Below are positions 33,847 through 38,060 of a DNA stretch of 38,060 bases, one piece after another. A model generated the notes under the pieces. That model did not search any database. It was not told where the DNA came from and saw only the letters and a list, made by a program, of their open reading frames with translations. Location of the stretch: assembly GCA_964540975.1 (NCBI GenBank), contig CAZIOQ010000055.1, forward strand, positions 1 through 38,060, in the 5' to 3' direction. The translations under genes and the position numbers were made by a program. The DNA comes from an uncultured Gammaproteobacteria bacterium. GTDB taxonomy: Bacteria > Patescibacteriota > Microgenomatia > UBA12405 > UBA6130. The stretch's first letter is position 1. The number at the start of each line of letters is the position of its first letter.

Positions 33847-36726
33847 TCATCTTCCAAATTCTATCCCAAATAACAAATCCGTCTCTAACATTTGGTTAAA
33901 GATTATTCCTTGAGAGGTTAAAGTTGCTTGAGGATTAACTTGAAGCAATTTGAGCTGTGGAGGATAAGAGATGAGTAGGGTGACTGGTGTTTTGCCAAAA
34001 CCAGATTGCTTTTGCCAATATAAAAGCCAACGGAATGGGTTTTGGTCTAAATTAAGGACTTGAGAATAATTAATTTCCAAAGTGACCCTTGAATCTATAG
34101 GAATTTCGATTAAAAAGCCAAAAGATTGTCTGCCTTGGATAAGTTCCTGATCAATTTCTTCTAGATTCATTTCCCTTTTCCCTTTTTCCTGGGGATTGGC
34201 AACAAAAACACTTTCGATTTTTGTATTTTGAGGAACAATAATTCTTAAATAATTCTTATAATTTCCTGCCGGCCAGTTGTTGGTTTTGGCAGTATTTTCA
34301 TAATTTATTTTCAAAAGATGATCTATCTTGCCTTCGTTTGTTATTTTGACCATTTTCTCAATTGATCTTTTTAAAAAATAGTTAGCTTTATTTATACCTA
34401 GATTAGCTTCATTAAGATAAAGATAATCAGTGAAAGTTTCTCTGTTAGTCGGAGCAATGCTTTTAATTTCTCCAAGCCAATTTTGATCTTTAAGAATTTG
34501 ATTTATCTTTTCATTATTGAAATAAAGAGTAATTTCTTTTTGTTGAAGACTGGTTAAAATTGCTTTACCGACTGCTGTTTGATCGGATCTTCTTTCGCTA
34601 AGATTGATGAACAATTGTTGGAATAAAGAGCTTAAAAAAGAGGCCTTTTGGTTGGATCCGGGAAAAAAGTTTTTTTCTGAATAAAATTCCGCCTTGGCAA
34701 AAAGGTTCTCTGCGGTAATTTTTTCATTGAAGTCAGGAAGATAAACCTCTCCCATTGCCTGAAGAAGATTTTTTGCTGTTTCGAGAGTAATGCCAATTAC
34801 ACCATCGGGCTTAAGACCAATTTCCTTTTCTAAAAACCAACTAGCGCTTTTAGCATTAGTAGGAAAGTCAGGACTCCAATTTGAATCCCGCAAATACCAA
34901 CCAGTTTCCCCAACAGTTTCTTTAATTGGTTTTGGTGGCCTGACATAGCCTTTTAACTGACCATCAGCACTATAGACATCTTGGATCTCGAAATTAATCA
35001 TTTGCCCTTGATCAAAAGTCAGGAGAGCAAAAGAACCAATAAAACCACCACCTGGCCTTAATTCAGCGTTGTTTTGGAAAAGAACAAGCAGTTTTAATGG
35101 TTGGGATTGACTAAAAAGCCAATCTAAAATTTCGGTTACTGGCAAAAGACTATTTAAATTTTCTTGATTTTCCTCAAGAATTTTTTCCTGAAATCGGATT
35201 TTGGTCTGTAAAGCCAAAGGTAATGTTTTTTTTGCCTGATTAAAACAAACTTTTGTCAAAGAGAATTCATTAATTAATCTTTCACTTTTGTTTTTTAATT
35301 TGTTGATTAATTGTTGATTGTCTTTTTCCTTAGCGAAGACAAAATTACTGATCTGATTGGCTGTTTTTGTCCACTCACTTGTTGTTGTCATTAACCAAGA
35401 GGCTTTTTCTACCAGATTAAGCCAGATTAAAAATTTTTTTTCTTGACCAAGGTAAAGAAAAGGAAAATCAAGAATAAAAATGATTTTTTTACCCCTGAGG
35501 GTTGCTTTTTGTGATTGGAGAGCCTTTTTTTCTGCTTTTTCAAAATTATTTTTTTGCCAAAGATTAAAAGCTGATTTTAAGTTTACCAAACTAATGCTTA
35601 AATTTAAAATTACTAAAGCTAGGGGAAGAAAAAATAAAATTATTGTCCCTAAAATTGGCAGCCACCAAAATTGACCAATATTTTTTTCTGGTGCTAGGGG
35701 TTTTTTCATTGCGGTTTCTTTTGCTTCTTTTTTCTCCAAATCAATTGTTTTCCTCTTCAGCTGAACAGGTTCTTTTGGCCTCAGAATGACCGGAGTTTGT
35801 TTGGCGGGCGTGACCAAATCCTGTTCGATGATAACTGATTTTGGCTGAGGGATTTTTTGGGGAGGAATTATTTTTTTAGTTGGTGAAGCAGTTTTGACCA
35901 TTGTTGGAGGAGCGATCTGGCCTTTTTCTAATTGTTGAAAAAGAGATTGAAGAGTGATTTCAATTCCTGTTTCCAGATCAACCTTTGGTTGCCAGTTTAA
36001 AATTTGCCGCGAAGCGACGATTTTTTCAAAATTCAGATTACCAAATTCCCCAATTTTTTCTGGATAAAATTTGTTTGATTTCACCTGGGCTTTTTGGGCA
36101 ATTTTTTGCCAGAAATCTTTTATCAGGATTGGTTCGCCCCCTAAAATTAATGCTTGTTTACCGATTAAGGGTGAGATCAGGCTTAAGAATAATCCTTCGG
36201 CCAAATCTTGCCACCAGAGAGGAAAAATTTGATTTTCTGGCTGTTTGATTTTTGGTTGTAAATTAAATACTCCGGCTAAGAAAAGATGGTCTTGAGGAGT
36301 TTTTTTAAGCCAATTTTCTTTAGGACCATAACCTTGGCTAATTTGGACTAGCCGCCAATCTGAACTTGTTTTTTCCAAATTTTGTTTCTCTAAATCCAGA
36401 TTGTTGGTGGAGTTAAGGACTCTTAGATATCTAATATTATTTTTTTTAGAGAGGTTGAAAATTTCTTTTCGGCCCTCAAAATCAATTAGATAATCAATTG
36501 GTTTTTTATCAAGAATTTCTTGCCAAGATAAAGAATTAGTGATCAAAATCTGGTTGTTTTTAATTGGGAAAACGAAATTTGGTTGGTCAGTAACGGCCAA
36601 TACGGTTAATCCTTGTTGAAGAAGTTTTTTGATCAATTCTTCTCCTCCAGGTTGATCAGCGCCAAAAATGACTGCTAGAGCTGATTGAGCGACAATTTGA
36701 AGTTGGAAAAAATCTTTTTTGAGCAT
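33847..36726 (-). CDS. DUF4012-domain membrane protein with an N-terminal Rossmann-like module
   Basis: 959 aa. The N-terminus is epimerase-like, followed by a Pro-rich linker, a single TM helix (WWLPILGTIILFFLPLALVIL) and the DUF4012 hallmark LFQNNAELRPGGGFIGSFALL. Confidence 0.85.
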   Translation of the reverse strand: MLKKDFFQLQIVAQSALAVIFGADQPGGEELIKKLLQQGLTVLAVTDQPNFVFPIKNNQILITNSLSWQEILDKKPIDYLIDFEGRKEIFNLSKKNNIRYLRVLNSTNNLDLEKQNLEKTSSDWRLVQISQGYGPKENWLKKTPQDHLFLAGVFNLQPKIKQPENQIFPLWWQDLAEGLFLSLISPLIGKQALILGGEPILIKDFWQKIAQKAQVKSNKFYPEKIGEFGNLNFEKIVASRQILNWQPKVDLETGIEITLQSLFQQLEKGQIAPPTMVKTASPTKKIIPPQKIPQPKSVIIEQDLVTPAKQTPVILRPKEPVQLKRKTIDLEKKEAKETAMKKPLAPEKNIGQFWWLPILGTIILFFLPLALVILNLSISLVNLKSAFNLWQKNNFEKAEKKALQSQKATLRGKKIIFILDFPFLYLGQEKKFLIWLNLVEKASWLMTTTSEWTKTANQISNFVFAKEKDNQQLINKLKNKSERLINEFSLTKVCFNQAKKTLPLALQTKIRFQEKILEENQENLNSLLPVTEILDWLFSQSQPLKLLVLFQNNAELRPGGGFIGSFALLTFDQGQMINFEIQDVYSADGQLKGYVRPPKPIKETVGETGWYLRDSNWSPDFPTNAKSASWFLEKEIGLKPDGVIGITLETAKNLLQAMGEVYLPDFNEKITAENLFAKAEFYSEKNFFPGSNQKASFLSSLFQQLFINLSERRSDQTAVGKAILTSLQQKEITLYFNNEKINQILKDQNWLGEIKSIAPTNRETFTDYLYLNEANLGINKANYFLKRSIEKMVKITNEGKIDHLLKINYENTAKTNNWPAGNYKNYLRIIVPQNTKIESVFVANPQEKGKREMNLEEIDQELIQGRQSFGFLIEIPIDSRVTLEINYSQVLNLDQNPFRWLLYWQKQSGFGKTPVTLLISYPPQLKLLQVNPQATLTSQGIIFNQMLETDLLFGIEFGR

Positions 36727-36802
36727 TAGTTTATTTTAATGATAGAACAAATTAGTATCAATAAGAAATAATTTTCAATGAAGATTAATTGGCAATAGAG
36801 GG

Positions 36803-36876
36803 TGCCAGCGGGCGGGATCGAACCGCCGACCTTGGGGTTATGATTCCCACGCTCTAACCAACTGAGCTACACTGGC
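36803..36876 (-). tRNA. tRNA with CAU anticodon (elongator Met or Ile2 type), no encoded CCA
   Basis: Reverse complement: GCCAGTGTAGCTCAGTTGGTTAGAGCGTGGGAATCATAACCCCAAGGTCGGCGGTTCGATCCCGCCCGCTGGCA. It has a G1:C72 pair and the T arm GGCGG-TTCGATC-CCGCC. Confidence 0.9.
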
Positions 36877-36878
36877 TT

Positions 36879-36951
36879 TGGTTGCGGGGCCAGGAGTTGA
36901 ACCTAGTCCAGGAGATTATGGGTCTCCTATGCTGCCGTACACCACCCCGCT
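36879..36951 (-). tRNA. tRNA with CAU anticodon, initiator-like acceptor (A1/A72 mismatch), C33, CCA encoded
   Basis: Reverse complement: AGCGGGGTGGTGTACGGCAGCATAGGAGACCCATAATCTCCTGGACTAGGTTCAACTCCTGGCCCCGCAACCA. The anticodon arm is GGAGA-CCCATAA-TCTCC. Confidence 0.85.
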
Positions 36952-36966
36952 TAAGTTACATATTTT

Positions 36967-36995
36967 ATTATAACGATATTGATTAAACTAAGCAA
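36967..36995 (-). promoter_or_regulatory. Canonical sigma70 promoter for the tRNA pair
   Basis: The minus strand reads TTGCTT, a 17-nt spacer, then TATAAT. The -10 element ends 15 nt upstream of the tRNA 5' end. Confidence 0.55.
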
Positions 36996-37573
36996 GTATA
37001 TGTATTGGCAGGGTTCCTCGCTAACAACTTTTGGGGTATTGTTGATAAAAATAAAAAAACGCCATTTTTATGGAGTTTCCCTTTTTAAAAGAGGCTTTGG
37101 CGGTCAGGAAGTAAAATACCTACCGGCCCATGACTTAGTCATCAATCCTCTAAAATATCTTCCTACCTTGGTTTTTGAGACCGCTCGTCGCCACTTTCGG
37201 AGACTTTAATCAGATTTCCCAACAGATCCGGCAGCGACACACCTTTGGTATAATCTCTTTAAGTTTGTTTTTCATAAAGCTGTTTAAGAAGGCTAATCTA
37301 AATTTGACTTGAGGATTGATTAATTCTCTCCTTTAAAAACTCATATGGGGAGAATATACCTTAAAGAAAAACTGCCGCTACTACTTAATCTATCTTTATC
37401 TTTTCTTCTCGCTAATATAGTTTGAGAAAGAACCAAAGCAGGTTTCTTATCTTCTCCAGTATATGTTCAGGCCAGTATGGCTACGGCACAATAAGTAAAC
37501 TATTAGAAAAGAGAGGAGAAGATGAAATTAAAAGTGTTTGGGGAAAAACGGTCTTGGTAGGGAAAAATTGAAT

Positions 37574-37930
37574 CTATCGGAATAATTGATACCAAGCTTT
37601 CCAGGGAGAAATTTTGAGATTAAGCCTGTCTTCTGTTTCTTCAAGACTCAAAGAGAGCTGGGGCAGAACAACAATTTTTTCATTTTCCTCACCCAAACTT
37701 AATTTCTTTTTTAACTCTTTTTTAATAAATTCATCGGTTTTGGCATAAAGAATAAATTCTTTTAACTTTCTTAAGTTTGCCTCTTTTTCTTCTATTTGAT
37801 TTTGGAATTGTTTTTTTTCTGTTTTTAATTTTTTAAACTGCCACCATTGGCGAAGATTACTCAAAAACACAAAAAAGCTAATGGTAATTATTAGCCAACA
37901 GAAAATTTTTCCCCTAAAACCTTGTTCCAT
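37574..37930 (-). CDS. Septum formation initiator (FtsB/DivIC-like) protein
   Basis: An N-terminal TM helix (IFCWLIITISFFVFL) is followed by a coiled coil and YAKTDEFIKKELKKKL. ATG 37930 is preferred over TTG 37957. Confidence 0.65.
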   Translation of the reverse strand: MEQGFRGKIFCWLIITISFFVFLSNLRQWWQFKKLKTEKKQFQNQIEEKEANLRKLKEFILYAKTDEFIKKELKKKLSLGEENEKIVVLPQLSLSLEETEDRLNLKISPWKAWYQLFR

Positions 37931-37957
37931 TTCTTTACTTATGATACTATAAGACAA

Positions 37958-38060
37958 ATGAATAATAAAGAAATTTCTCTGCTTGGTTTAAAAAAAGCAA
38001 AAGAGTTATTTATCCGTCATCTTCAAAAAAGTGAGAGATCAACCAACACCATCATAGCAT
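37958..38060 (+). CDS. Tyrosine recombinase XerC/XerD-like, N-terminal fragment (runs off the window)
   Basis: MNNKEISLLGLKKAKELFIRHLQKSERSTNTIIA resembles the SAM-like N-domain (F..YL...S.NTI.AY). Confidence 0.5.
   Translation, partial: MNNKEISLLGLKKAKELFIRHLQKSERSTNTIIA

Noticed and set aside
37090-37140. SRP (4.5S) RNA suggested by GGCGGTCAGGAAG
   Set aside because: It lacks the conserved GGAAGGAAGCAGCC-type domain IV sequence and a matching 3' strand.

Overview
This is an AT-rich, gene-dense bacterial window. Its content (a DUF4012 protein, two-TM pilin-like proteins, a PEGA/beta-propeller protein, many short orphan genes) looks like a Candidate Phyla Radiation/Patescibacteria genome; that assignment is inference. 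The standard code applies, since TGA closes rtcB, mreB and the acyltransferase gene.

Housekeeping genes: glyA, folD, rtcB, rnhB, mreB, yidD, a 5'-3' exonuclease, a radical-SAM SplB-like protein, an FtsB/DivIC-like protein, a partial XerC/D-like recombinase and three tRNAs (Pro-CGG plus two tandem CAU tRNAs).

A dispersed envelope-glycan gene set is present: TagA/WecG-like, GT2, GT4, a TPR mannosyltransferase-like protein, two O-antigen-ligase-like proteins, a frameshifted nucleotidyltransferase and DUF4012.

There are two accessory patches:
- 16.2-19.0 kb: an excisionase-type HTH, a Fic toxin with a VbhA-like antitoxin, an MGMT-domain protein, a GC-rich orphan ORF, and transposase debris with an embedded aminoacyl-tRNA-synthetase fragment.
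- 24.35-25.62 kb: a 39-nt repeated motif, a 131-bp near-identical repeat and a decayed IS481-like element with recognisable inverted repeats.

The best candidate for something new is a compact cobalamin riboswitch (18895-19022) whose only possible target is a 339-aa zinc-ribbon protein of no family I recognise. Secondary leads:
- a pilin-like protein carrying three knottin-like cysteine modules;
- the 39-nt hairpin motif, whose stem substitutions are compatible with wobble pairing;
- a CAU tRNA pair with split initiator signatures;
- several promoters placed so close to their genes that leaderless transcripts are implied.

No CRISPR array, cas genes, rRNA or recognisable multi-gene defence system was seen. 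All family assignments come from motif recognition by eye and none is a database result.
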